From assembly GCA_020060385.1 (NCBI GenBank), contig JAGVAH010000151.1:17474-81473 (forward strand): 64,000 nucleotides of DNA, given 5' to 3'. How positions within the stretch are numbered: position 1 is the stretch's first letter; each line of letters opens with the position of its first letter. Below, in pieces: positions 55,717 to 64,000 of the stretch. The translations under genes were made by a program, and so were the position numbers. The DNA comes from Syntrophobacterales bacterium (GTDB lineage Bacteria; Desulfobacterota; Desulfobaccia; Desulfobaccales; 0-14-0-80-60-11). Under the pieces are notes generated by a model. The model saw nothing but the letters and a program-made list of their open reading frames with translations. It was not told where the DNA came from and searched no databases.

Positions 55717-56337
55717 CTACTGGCCACTGACCACTGCTTTAAAAAAAGCCCGCAGCTTTTCCGGATCCTTCTTCCCCGGATAAGCCTCCACGCCGCTGGC
55801 CAGGTCCACGGCCTGGGGTTGAGCGACCGCGATGGCCTGGGCCACGTTCTCCGCGGTCAGACCCCCGGCCAGGATAATGGGGCCGTATTTTTTCGCCTCC
55901 CGGGCCAGGTCCCAATCAAAGGTCTCCCCGGTGCCGCCCACCTGGCCTTTCTTATAAGTATCCAGCAAAAACGCCTGGGCCGCGCCTTGATAATCCTGAA
56001 GCCGTCCCAGGGAAGCAGCGTCCCGGATACGAAAGACCTTGATCACCCGGCGGTCCAGGGCCCGGCAATACTCCGGGGGTTCCTGGCCGTGGAGCTGCAG
56101 CCAATCCAGGCCCGCCTGCCCGGCTAGTTCCATGATCGTGGCCGCGTCCTCATCCACGAACACCCCCACGGTGGTTACCAAAGGGGGCAACTGGGGAATA
56201 ATGGCCCGGGCCGCGTCCGGCGTCACGAAGCGGGGACTGGGGGGGTAAAAGATAAACCCCAGTGCATCCGCGCCCAACTGCGCGGCCAGCAAGGCGTCTT
56301 CCAGATTGGTGATGCCGCAGATTTTTATGCGTACCAT
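55717..56337 (-). CDS. trpF: phosphoribosylanthranilate isomerase
   Basis: VRIKICGIT, GADALGFIF, LAGGL. Confidence 0.9.
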   Translation of the reverse strand: MVRIKICGITNLEDALLAAQLGADALGFIFYPPSPRFVTPDAARAIIPQLPPLVTTVGVFVDEDAATIMELAGQAGLDWLQLHGQEPPEYCRALDRRVIKVFRIRDAASLGRLQDYQGAAQAFLLDTYKKGQVGGTGETFDWDLAREAKKYGPIILAGGLTAENVAQAIAVAQPQAVDLASGVEAYPGKKDPEKLRAFFKAVVSGQ

Positions 56338-56391
56338 ATACCCAATCTCATTTAAAGGTGTATGACTTGAGTTATGGATATTAATAATTAT

Positions 56392-57546
56392 TCAGTAAAT
56401 CTCTTTTGGCTTTGGACGCATGCCAAATAGAAACCGCACGACAGCAAACCGTTTCACTATGGCCTCATAAATCGCCACAATGAGAGCTAAAGAAATTATA
56501 TTAATGAAGGTGTACTTGGTAATCACGGAAAAATCCGTTTCTATAATATAAAAACCTAACATAATTATAACAGTTTGGTGCAGAATATAAATCGGCAGCA
56601 CCCCCTCGCTGGTATATTCCAGGAAACGATTGCTGAAGTTTAAAGTGCGTTGCGCCAATCCCAATAAAACCATAAGCCAGCATAAGGTCACCAAAGCCAT
56701 AATGCCCAGTAACACTAGATTATGAAGATTGTACCCAAAAGCTATTTTGTAGTCTAAAAGATACATGGCAATTAAAATGGCGGCAACAACCGATCCTGTT
56801 GCCAAGGCGACGCCCAGGTTGCGTTCGATGGAATCACGGAAACTTGGGAATATGCAAAAAAGGACCCCGTATAGAAAAACAAATAACATGAATAAAATAC
56901 GCGCCCAGTCCGTGATAATATTTTGTGGTCCAGGAAATGCGACTTTTAAGGTCATCTGGATTACCGCCAGAGGTATGGCCAGTAAAAAAATGCGGCGCCC
57001 CCCAGCCAACCAGGCACAAAAGCTTTCTATCATGGATGCCCCTCTGCCTGACTTCCAGTTCAATATTAAGGGAAGAGAGGACAGAGAAATAAAAAAAAGA
57101 TAGAAGAGAAACCATAGATGATTCCATGTCAGATTGCCTTGGGGAACGAAGCCATTGAAGAGATGAGAATAAAAGTAAAAATAATTGCCCGTAAATCCAA
57201 ACTTCTGTATTTTTTCATAGAATGTTTGGGGTGGCACAATGATAAGTATGCCAAATAGCAAGGGGACAATAAGTCGTAAAAACCGTTCCTTGATATAGGC
57301 GCCCGGAGAACGTTTAGATAATGCCAGCCAGGTGGAAACTCCTGCCAGGAGAAAAAACAAGGGCATATGCCAGTTATCGATAAAGGCATTAATAACCGTA
57401 ATTCCTTTGCTGGTGATCTTGTTTTTTATATGGAAATCACTTTCCACGAAAATCATCCCAGTATGATAAGGTATCAATAACATAACAGCAAACACTCTCA
57501 GCCAATCCAGATAATAAAGCCGCTCTTTTTTTAATTGATTCTGCAT
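56392..57546 (-). CDS. acyltransferase family 3 integral membrane protein (OafA/OpgC-like), AT-rich insertion in the trp operon
   Basis: YLDWLRVFAVMLLIPYHT, about 10 TM helices, and markedly lower GC than the flanking trpC and trpF. Confidence 0.75.
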   Translation of the reverse strand: MQNQLKKERLYYLDWLRVFAVMLLIPYHTGMIFVESDFHIKNKITSKGITVINAFIDNWHMPLFFLLAGVSTWLALSKRSPGAYIKERFLRLIVPLLFGILIIVPPQTFYEKIQKFGFTGNYFYFYSHLFNGFVPQGNLTWNHLWFLFYLFFISLSSLPLILNWKSGRGASMIESFCAWLAGGRRIFLLAIPLAVIQMTLKVAFPGPQNIITDWARILFMLFVFLYGVLFCIFPSFRDSIERNLGVALATGSVVAAILIAMYLLDYKIAFGYNLHNLVLLGIMALVTLCWLMVLLGLAQRTLNFSNRFLEYTSEGVLPIYILHQTVIIMLGFYIIETDFSVITKYTFINIISLALIVAIYEAIVKRFAVVRFLFGMRPKPKEIY

Positions 57547-57607
57547 AATGGCAATGCCGGGCAGGCATGGCCTGCCGGCCTTTTCTGGCGGGCTATGCCC
57601 ACTCTAC

Positions 57608-58393
57608 TCAATCCCCCCTACCCAGAAACTCCCGCAGCTTCGCCCCTGGGTCAGCCGCCACCACCAGAGTCTCGCCGATGAGAAAACCCTTGATACCCGC
57701 GGCGGCCAAGCGCTCGAGGTCGGCCTTGGTTTTAAGGCCCGACGCGGCCACCAGGGTCACTCCCGCCGGCGCCATAGGAGCCAGTTCCAGGGCCCGGTCC
57801 GGGTACATCTTAAAGGTGTGCAGGTCCCGGGAATTGATGCCGATGACCTGGGCCCCGACGCTGAGCGCCAGTTCCATTTCCTCCGGGGTGTGCACCTCCA
57901 CCAGGGCCTCCAGACTTAGGGAGCGGGCGAGCAGCAGCAGGGCCCGGAGCTGTCCCGGCTGCAGCAGGCTGACGATGAGGAGCAGGGCGTCCGCGCCCAG
58001 GGCCGCGGATTCGTACACCTGCACCGGCTCCAGGATGAAGTCCTTGCGCAGGATGGGGATTTTTATCACCGGCCGCATCCGGGGGATGAACTCCGGATCC
58101 CCTTTAAAGTATTTAACCTCCGTCAGCACCGACAGGGCCGCGGCTCCATTATCCTGGTAAACTTTAGCCAGCTCCACCGGGTCCCAGTCCATGGCGAACT
58201 CCCCCTTAGAAGGGGAGGCCCGCTTGATCTCGGCGATGATGGCCGGGCCCGGCATCGCGTCCAACGCGGCTTTCAGGCTCAAGGCCGGGGGCCGGGCGGC
58301 GATGGCCCCCTGGAAGCGTGCGGTGGCCTCCGGCGTGAAGAGCGACTCTGACTCCTTCAACTTATGGGCCACAATTTCTGCCAGAAAATTCAT
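57608..58393 (-). CDS. trpC: indole-3-glycerol phosphate synthase
   Basis: IIAEIKRASPSKG, ALSVLTE, LLIV, INSRDL. Confidence 0.9.
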   Translation of the reverse strand: MNFLAEIVAHKLKESESLFTPEATARFQGAIAARPPALSLKAALDAMPGPAIIAEIKRASPSKGEFAMDWDPVELAKVYQDNGAAALSVLTEVKYFKGDPEFIPRMRPVIKIPILRKDFILEPVQVYESAALGADALLLIVSLLQPGQLRALLLLARSLSLEALVEVHTPEEMELALSVGAQVIGINSRDLHTFKMYPDRALELAPMAPAGVTLVAASGLKTKADLERLAAAGIKGFLIGETLVVAADPGAKLREFLGRGD

Positions 58394-58411
58394 TTTCGCC
58401 TTTCAATGATT

Positions 58412-58484
58412 CACCACCAAGGCACAAAGATGCACCAAGAAAATATTTCTTTGTGTCTCTTTGTGTCCTTTGTGCCTTTGTGGT
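58412..58484. repeat. long hairpin of the caccaaggcacaaag / ctttgtgcctttgtgg family (trpD-trpC spacer)
   Basis: Imperfectly complementary arms built of cacaaag/ctttgtg units; related copy at 61561-61680. Confidence 0.7.
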
Positions 58485-58494
58485 TAATCCTTTT

Positions 58495-59553
58495 TCATCC
58501 AAAGCTTTTGCTCTTCTCGATCAAGGCTTCCAGCTTGCCCAGGGCCCGGCCGGAGTTGATGACCTCCCGGGCCAGGGCGATGCCCGCGGGGAAATCAGGG
58601 GATAGCCCCGCGGCGATAAAGACCGCGGCCCCGTTCAGGGCCACCATGTCTTCTTTGGGCCCGCCCCCGCCTGAAAGAACCTGGCGGACGATGCGGGCGT
58701 TCTCAAAGACGTCCCCGCCCTTGATGTCCTCCAGAGTTCCCCGCTTTAAGCCAAACTCTTCCGGGGTGATGGTGTAGGTGCGCACCCTCCCGTCCTTAAG
58801 CTGGCTCACCCGGGTGGGGCCGACGATGCTGATTTCGTCAAAGGAGCCTTCCCCAAAGACCACGAAGGCGCTGCGGGAGCCCAGGCGGCCCAAAACCTTC
58901 GCCAGGGGCTCGGTGAGGTCCGCATCATAGACCCCCAGCACCTGGACGTTGGCCCCTGCGGGATTGGTCAGGGGCCCCAGGATATTGAAGATGGTGCGGA
59001 TGCCGATCTCCCGCCGGGGGCCGATGGCGTAGCGCATGGCCCCGTGGAGCTGGGGCGCGAAGAGGAAGCCGATGCCCACCTCGCTCACGCATTGGGCCAC
59101 CTGTTCCGGGCTTAGGGCCAGGTTGATCCCCAGGGCCTCGATGACGTCCGCGGAGCCGCAGCGGGAGGAGACCGCGCGGTTGCCGTGCTTGGCCACTTTC
59201 AGCCCCCCGCCGGCCACCACGAAGGCGGTGACGGTGGAGACGTTGAAGGTGTGGGTGGCGTCCCCCCCGGTGCCGCAGGTATCCACCACCGTCTCCTGGT
59301 CCACGTTGATCTCGTCCCGGTCCAGGTCCACCAGGTTATCGCCCACCGGGATGCGGGTGGCCTTGGCCCGCATCACCTTGGCCGCGGCGGAGATTTCGGT
59401 AACCGTCTCCCCCTTCATGCGCAGGGCGGTGATAAAGGCCCCGATCTGGGCCTCGGTGGCCTCCCCGGTCATGATGATGTCCATGGCCCGGGTCATCTCC
59501 TCTTCCGTCAAATCCTGGCGGGTAACTACTTTAAAGATGGCGTCTTTGAGCAT
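58495..59553 (-). CDS. trpD: anthranilate phosphoribosyltransferase
   Basis: [24 protein letters not shown]. Confidence 0.9.
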   Translation of the reverse strand: MLKDAIFKVVTRQDLTEEEMTRAMDIIMTGEATEAQIGAFITALRMKGETVTEISAAAKVMRAKATRIPVGDNLVDLDRDEINVDQETVVDTCGTGGDATHTFNVSTVTAFVVAGGGLKVAKHGNRAVSSRCGSADVIEALGINLALSPEQVAQCVSEVGIGFLFAPQLHGAMRYAIGPRREIGIRTIFNILGPLTNPAGANVQVLGVYDADLTEPLAKVLGRLGSRSAFVVFGEGSFDEISIVGPTRVSQLKDGRVRTYTITPEEFGLKRGTLEDIKGGDVFENARIVRQVLSGGGGPKEDMVALNGAAVFIAAGLSPDFPAGIALAREVINSGRALGKLEALIEKSKSFG

Positions 59554-59629
59554 GTTTTTTCCTTCATCCCACTTGGTTATCTTAAACTGATCAGAAACAT
59601 GGCCAGCCCCATGATCATGGAAATCTTCC

Positions 59630-60949
59630 TCAAGCCAGTCTATCCTTCACCCGCACCGTGAGCTCCGTAGGGGTTTTGATATGGAGGTCGTGCTGCGGGA
59701 AGGGGAATTCAATGCCGTTCTCTTTGAACAGGTCCCAGATTTTCAGTTGCACCTCGCTCTTGATATTAGTCACCCCATTAGCCGGGTCCTTGATCCAGAT
59801 GCGCAGGTCCAGATTGATGGCGCTGTCCCCGAAGCTCACCAGGCGGGCCACGGGCTTGGGATTCGCTAAAATCCGGGGGAAGTCCGCGGCCGCGGCCACC
59901 ATCAGGGCCATGGCCTCATGGACGTTGGAGGTATAGGAGATGCCCACCGGGATCTTCAAACGGATACCCTTGCCGCTGAAGGACCAGTTGATGACCTTGT
60001 TGGAGATCAACTCGTCATTGGGAATCAGATAGGAGGTGCCGTCCCGGGTGATCATGGAGATGAAGCGGGAGTGCAGCGATTCGATCCAGCCGAAGACGCC
60101 CCCCACTTCGATGACGTCCCCGGGGCGGATGGAATTGTCCATGAGGATGATCACCCCGCTCACCAGGTTGGACACCACCTTCTGGAGGCCGAAGCCCACC
60201 CCCAGGCCCACCGCGCCGCTGAAGACCGCCAGCAGATGAAAGTTGAACCCCACGCTGCGCAGGGCCACCAGGATGGCCAGGGTATAGATGCCGGTCTTGG
60301 TGAGTTTAACCAGCAGCACCTGGATCCTGGGGGTCAGGTTGGCAACCTGCTCAATGCGGTGTTGGAGAACCTGGCACAACCAGCCGGACAGGGGCAGGAG
60401 CAAGGCCAGCATGACCGCGGTCTTGATGATGATCCACAAGGAGAGGCGGCCCTCCCCCAGGTTGAAGCCCACCCGGTCCAGCACCTCGATGGTGGGGTCC
60501 AGGACCCCGACGATGTCCATGGCCGCCACCGTCATGATCAGGATGGCGAAGGGTTTGGACCAGGCGGGGCTGATGAGCAGACCGGTGAGCAGGCGGATGA
60601 AAACCCAGGCCCAGAGAAGGTCGCCGGCCGCGTAAATCACCTGGTGGCCCCAGTGCTCATGCCTGGCCACCAAGAAAATTACTCCCAGGAGGATGGCCGC
60701 GGCCAGGGGCGCGGCCACGTCGGTCAGTTTGGCCCGGATTTGGGGCAGGTGGTGTTTTTCTCCCGGTAAAATGTCCCCCAGGAGGCGGGCCATGCCCCTT
60801 CTGACCACACCCCCCAAAAGGAACATGCCCAGGACCACCAGACCCACAACGATGAGTTGAAAAATGATGTTGAGGTCACAAGCCCCGGCGCAGAGCTTGG
60901 TTTGCGCCCCGCAAATGATCATCTTCAAATATTCCCAAAGTTCTCCCAT
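59630..60949 (-). CDS. mechanosensitive ion channel, MscS family
   Basis: Multiple TM helices followed by the MscS beta-domain signature [38 protein letters not shown]. Confidence 0.8.
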   Translation of the reverse strand: MGELWEYLKMIICGAQTKLCAGACDLNIIFQLIVVGLVVLGMFLLGGVVRRGMARLLGDILPGEKHHLPQIRAKLTDVAAPLAAAILLGVIFLVARHEHWGHQVIYAAGDLLWAWVFIRLLTGLLISPAWSKPFAILIMTVAAMDIVGVLDPTIEVLDRVGFNLGEGRLSLWIIIKTAVMLALLLPLSGWLCQVLQHRIEQVANLTPRIQVLLVKLTKTGIYTLAILVALRSVGFNFHLLAVFSGAVGLGVGFGLQKVVSNLVSGVIILMDNSIRPGDVIEVGGVFGWIESLHSRFISMITRDGTSYLIPNDELISNKVINWSFSGKGIRLKIPVGISYTSNVHEAMALMVAAAADFPRILANPKPVARLVSFGDSAINLDLRIWIKDPANGVTNIKSEVQLKIWDLFKENGIEFPFPQHDLHIKTPTELTVRVKDRLA

Positions 60950-60967
60950 ACCAACCCTTCCTTAAAC

Positions 60968-61540
60968 TCAGGAGCCCTCACGGGGATTCTTCCCGGTCTC
61001 TAAACTCGCCCAGGGCCGGGCCGCTTTCATTCCTGCGGCCAAGGCCTGTTTGTTCAGTTCTGCCGTGCCCCTGGGCACCCGGGCCAGGACCGCCTTTTCC
61101 AGGCTCTCCAGGGTGACCGCGCGGCTGATGGCTGCCAGAGACCCCAGGGCCACGATGTTGGCCACCATCTCCCTCCCCAATTCCCGGGCCATGTGGGTGA
61201 AGGGAATGGCGATAAAGCGTTCCACGGGGACCTCCGGCACCAGGGTGGCGTCCACCATGAGCAGGCCCCCCGGCTTCAGGTCGCCGAGATAGGTGTCCAG
61301 GGACTTCTGGTTCAGGGCCAGGAGCACGTCCGGCTGGATGGCCTGGGGATAGTCGATCTCGGCGTCGCTGATCACCACCTCCGCCTTGGAGGCTCCCCCC
61401 CGGGCCGCAGGGCCGTAACTCTGGGTCTGGCAGACGAACTTGCCGTCATAGATGCCCGCGGCCTCCGCCAGGATGATGCCCGCCAGGATCAACCCCTGGC
61501 CCCCGGACCCGGCCAGCCTGATTTCAAAGCGTGTGCTCAT
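60968..61540 (-). CDS. 2-oxoacid:ferredoxin oxidoreductase, gamma subunit
   Basis: IRLAGSGGQGLILAGIILAEAA, typical of POR/KOR gamma subunits. Confidence 0.8.
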   Translation of the reverse strand: MSTRFEIRLAGSGGQGLILAGIILAEAAGIYDGKFVCQTQSYGPAARGGASKAEVVISDAEIDYPQAIQPDVLLALNQKSLDTYLGDLKPGGLLMVDATLVPEVPVERFIAIPFTHMARELGREMVANIVALGSLAAISRAVTLESLEKAVLARVPRGTAELNKQALAAGMKAARPWASLETGKNPREGS

Positions 61541-61560
61541 GCGCTTCCTGAAAAAAATTT

Positions 61561-61680
61561 ACCACCAAGACACAAAGAGCACTAAGAGGCACAAAGGAAA
61601 GATACATTTGTGCCTTGGAGGAGCCAAGGCACAAATATTTTTTCTCTGTGTCCCTTTGTGTCCTTTGTGTCTTTGTGGTA
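61561..61680. repeat. long hairpin of the cacaaag/ctttgtg family (between the beta and gamma subunit genes)
   Basis: accaccaagacacaaagagcac...gtgtccctttgtgtcctttgtgtctttgtggt with an inner hairpin tttgtgccttgg..ccaaggcacaaa. Confidence 0.7.
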
Positions 61681-61682
61681 AA

Positions 61683-62516
61683 TCATTTCTTCCCTCCGCC
61701 TGCCGCCTCCCGGATACGGCGGTATTCCTGGGTATAGATGGGCAGGTCCCGGTCCACCAGGGTGCCGATGGTGATTTTCCCCGCCAGTTCCTCCGGGGTC
61801 ATGGTTTTGGCCTTTTCCACCCGCACCGCCATCTCCTTCTGGCGGCGCATCATCTCCACCGGCCCCCCCTGTTTATTTTTCAGGCCGAACTGGGTGTGGC
61901 AGTGGCTGATGACTTCCACCACCGCAAAGCCCCTCTTATAAATCGCGGCTTCCATCAGCTGGTCCAAAAGATTGGCATGGTAGACCGTGCCCCGCCCCAC
62001 CCAGGCCGCGCCCGCGGTCACCGCCAATTCGGCGATGGAAAAGGGGTGTTCGATGTGGCCGTAAGGCGCGGTGGCGCTCCAGGCGCCGTAGGGGGTGGTG
62101 GGGGAGTACTGGCCCCCGGTCATGCCGTAGATATTGTTGTTGATGATGATGGCCGTGAGATTGAGGTTCCTCCGGGCCGCGTGGATGAAGTGGTTGCCGC
62201 CGATGGCCGTGGCGTCGCCGTCCCCCATGACCACGATGACCTGGAGCTTGGGGTTGGCCAGCTTCACTCCGGTGGCGAAGGTCAGGGCCCGGCCGTGGGT
62301 GGTGTGCAGGGTGTTGAAATCCACGTACACGCTCATGCGCCCGGAGCAGCCGATGCCGGAGACCAGGACGATCTGGTCTTTGGTGAAGCCGGTGCGGTCG
62401 ACGGCCCGGATCAGCGCGCCCAGGACGATGCCGTTGCCGCACCCCGGACACCAGACATGGGGGAACTTCTTTTCGTGGCGCAGGTACTTATGGATGAGTT
62501 GTGTAATTTCGGCCAT
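61683..62516 (-). CDS. 2-oxoacid:ferredoxin oxidoreductase, beta (TPP-binding) subunit
   Basis: WCPGCGNGIV, GIGCSGR, GDGDATAIGGNH. The ORF is open to 62552, but the ATG at 62516 gives a canonical N-terminus. Confidence 0.85.
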   Translation of the reverse strand: MAEITQLIHKYLRHEKKFPHVWCPGCGNGIVLGALIRAVDRTGFTKDQIVLVSGIGCSGRMSVYVDFNTLHTTHGRALTFATGVKLANPKLQVIVVMGDGDATAIGGNHFIHAARRNLNLTAIIINNNIYGMTGGQYSPTTPYGAWSATAPYGHIEHPFSIAELAVTAGAAWVGRGTVYHANLLDQLMEAAIYKRGFAVVEVISHCHTQFGLKNKQGGPVEMMRRQKEMAVRVEKAKTMTPEELAGKITIGTLVDRDLPIYTQEYRRIREAAGGGKK

Positions 62517-62600
62517 GGTATAAGCTCTCAGCTTTCCATGTAGAGCGGGCACTGCCCGCCAATAATAATCTCTTTATCTCTTCAGTTTTCGGTTTTAGGT

Positions 62601-62777
62601 GGGGCGGGCCTCCGTGCCCGCCTTTCTTCTGTCTGCGACAAGTTCGGGTTGCCTGGTGGCGCAGGCGTCTTGCCTACGGGGCGCTGGGGCGGGCGAGACG
62701 CCCGCCCCTATAAATTTTTCTTCTCGTTCCCAAGCTCTGCTTGGGAACGCCAATGTCCATCCAAGCTCCGCTTGGAT
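62601..62777. repeat. hairpin cassette A (four GC-rich perfect or near-perfect stem-loops)
   Basis: ggggcgggcc..gcccgcc; ggggcgggcg-aga-cgcccgcccc; cgttcccaagc-tct-gcttgggaacg; atccaagc-tcc-gcttggat. The same order recurs at 62988-63258. Confidence 0.75.
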
Positions 62778-62792
62778 ACCTTATTCTTCAGG

Positions 62793-62963
62793 TTACTCCC
62801 ATTTATGCTCCGGGTCCGGCAGGAAGACGATGAAATCCGAGTCCGCGGTCTGCACCCGCACCAGCCAGCCCCCCGGGACCTTGGTGCGGTAAAGACCCCG
62901 CTTGGCAATCCAGCTGATGCCCTCCTGCTTGACTTCCTCCCAGACTACCGTAACCACGGCCAT
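62793..62963 (-). CDS. small hypothetical protein (56 aa; VPGGWLV / PDPEHKWE motifs)
   Basis: MAVVTVVWEEVKQEGISWIAKRGLYRTKVPGGWLVRVQTADSDFIVFLPDPEHKWE. The start is uncertain: the ORF is open to 63059 and there is an alternative ATG at 63002. Confidence 0.4.
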   Translation of the reverse strand: MAVVTVVWEEVKQEGISWIAKRGLYRTKVPGGWLVRVQTADSDFIVFLPDPEHKWE

Positions 62964-62987
62964 TCTCCTTATGGGAAATCTATTGTT

Positions 62988-63258
62988 GGGGCGGGCCTTC
63001 ATGCCTGCCTCCGCTTCCTTTTCCCAGGCTCTCCGAAAATTCCGGTTATCTGGCGGCACAGGCGTCCCGCCGGTGCTGCCCCCAGCGGGCGAGACGCCCG
63101 CCCCTTGTTTTTCTTCTGCTCTGAAAGTGCTGCTCGCACAGGCTGGAAAGCCTGTGCCACCACACTTTCATGGTTTTGGGTGAGCCTGAGGCTCATGAAT
63201 GTCTCGTTCCCAAGCTCCGCTTGGGAACGCCATTTGTCCATCCAAGCTCTGCTTGGAT
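62988..63258. repeat. hairpin cassette B (same modules as cassette A plus cacaggctggaaagcctgtg and tgagcctgaggctca hairpins)
   Basis: Modules at 62988-63012, 63085-63104, 63136-63158, 63181-63195, 63205-63229 and 63240-63258. Confidence 0.75.
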
Positions 63259-63335
63259 ACCTTATTTTTCGACTGCAATATATTGAACTTCAGCCCCCTC
63301 CGATACATCCCATATCTCGGCGGGCAGTACCTGCC

Positions 63336-63626
63336 CTACACCGGCACCGCTTCTTTCAAAACGCGCTCCCTGATCCGGGCCCGCAAACCTTTTTCCGTGA
63401 CCACGTCAACTTCCCGCCCCAAAAGCTGTTGCAGGTCCATGAGCAAGCCACCCAGGTCAATCAAGCTCCGGCCCGGCTCCAGGTCCACCAGCACATCCAG
63501 GTCACTGGCCGCGTCCGCTTCTCCCCGGGCCACGGAACCAAAAACGCGCACATTAGTGGCGCCATGCCGGGCGGCTATCAGAAGGATTTCTTGGCGTTTT
63601 TCTTTTAGGAGCTTATCAAGTTCCAT
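63336..63626 (-). CDS. MNT-type nucleotidyltransferase (MntA-like antitoxin of HEPN/MNT modules)
   Basis: [19 protein letters not shown] (GSxxRGx..SDxD) motif; 96 aa. Confidence 0.8.
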   Translation of the reverse strand: MELDKLLKEKRQEILLIAARHGATNVRVFGSVARGEADAASDLDVLVDLEPGRSLIDLGGLLMDLQQLLGREVDVVTEKGLRARIRERVLKEAVPV

Positions 63627-63653
63627 AGTATTGCCTTAGCCTTCGATATGTCA

Positions 63654-63775
63654 TTGCTCGGAGCATAAAATAAATTGCTTCTTTGTCACCCTGAGCGAAG
63701 CGAAGGGTCTAGATTCTTCGGCCCCTTCGGGGCCTCAGAATGACAATAAATGCAAATGACTTCTTGCTCCGAGTA
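63654..63775. repeat. palindromic element of the gtcaccctgagcgaagcgaagg...cagaatgacaa family with flanking inverted repeats
   Basis: ttgctcggagca / tgctccgag flank the conserved core. Confidence 0.65.
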
Positions 63776-64000
63776 ATATTTAGCAGGCATCTTACGACTA
63801 AATTTATTTCTCTACAACACTTGCTAACAGCATTACTCCAGGGAAAATATAATTTTTATACTGCCCACCTCCATTTAGATTCCTGACGATAGCTGGAAAT
63901 GACCAAGCAAAAGCGTCATAGCGAGCTATGGGGGCATCTTTGATGATAGTTTCAATATGGTGATTCATTTTATGTTTACAATCTCTATGGATATATGGAG

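Noticed and set aside
62960-63340. A HEPN/HepT toxin gene downstream of the MNT gene.
   Set aside because: All three minus-strand frames hit stops within about 20 codons, and the sequence is occupied by hairpin cassette B.
63804-63968. A 54-aa minus-strand ORF (MNHHIETIIKDAPIARYD...) in AT-rich DNA at the window edge.
   Set aside because: It is too short, has no motif, and sits in truncated context at the end of the window. It is not reported as a feature.

Overview
High-GC bacterial chromosomal segment. Gene content (2-oxoacid:ferredoxin oxidoreductase, class B radical SAM enzymes, sulfatases) suggests an anaerobe, possibly Desulfobacterota-like; that taxonomic guess is inference only. Left to right: asnS 3' end; an ECF sigma / anti-sigma / periplasmic LTPxQ-repeat module; tRNA-Leu(CAA); a 5'-nucleotidase; a convergent DUF4337 pair; a dense two-component block (about 6.5-17.5 kb) with a ~1958-aa multi-PAS/GAF hybrid kinase; two sulfatases; a P2-type ATPase coupled to a YHS-TrxR-like fusion; and a repeat-filled gap. 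The main feature is a 20.4-kb integrative island (28188-48541) in tRNA-Pro(GGG), bounded by a perfect 47-bp direct repeat. Its left half holds a tyrosine integrase, an Xis/AlpA-like gene, a PrimPol-helicase with iteron-like repeats, a TerS-N-like HTH protein and a single-chain type IIG R-M enzyme. Its right half holds an unusual cluster of two B12-binding radical SAM enzymes interleaved with a DEAD-box helicase, CspA and two RRM proteins. This cluster is my best candidate for an undescribed system. To the right of the island: SH3/M48 peptidase, GGDEF, ParA-like, GNAT, trpD-C-[AT-rich acyltransferase insertion]-F-B-A, MscS, oxidoreductase beta/gamma subunits and an orphan MNT nucleotidyltransferase. 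Intergenic DNA carries several families of short palindromic or MITE-like repeats. No CRISPR array, rRNA or recognisable transposase was seen. All functional calls rest on motifs read by eye from the translations; no database search was run.
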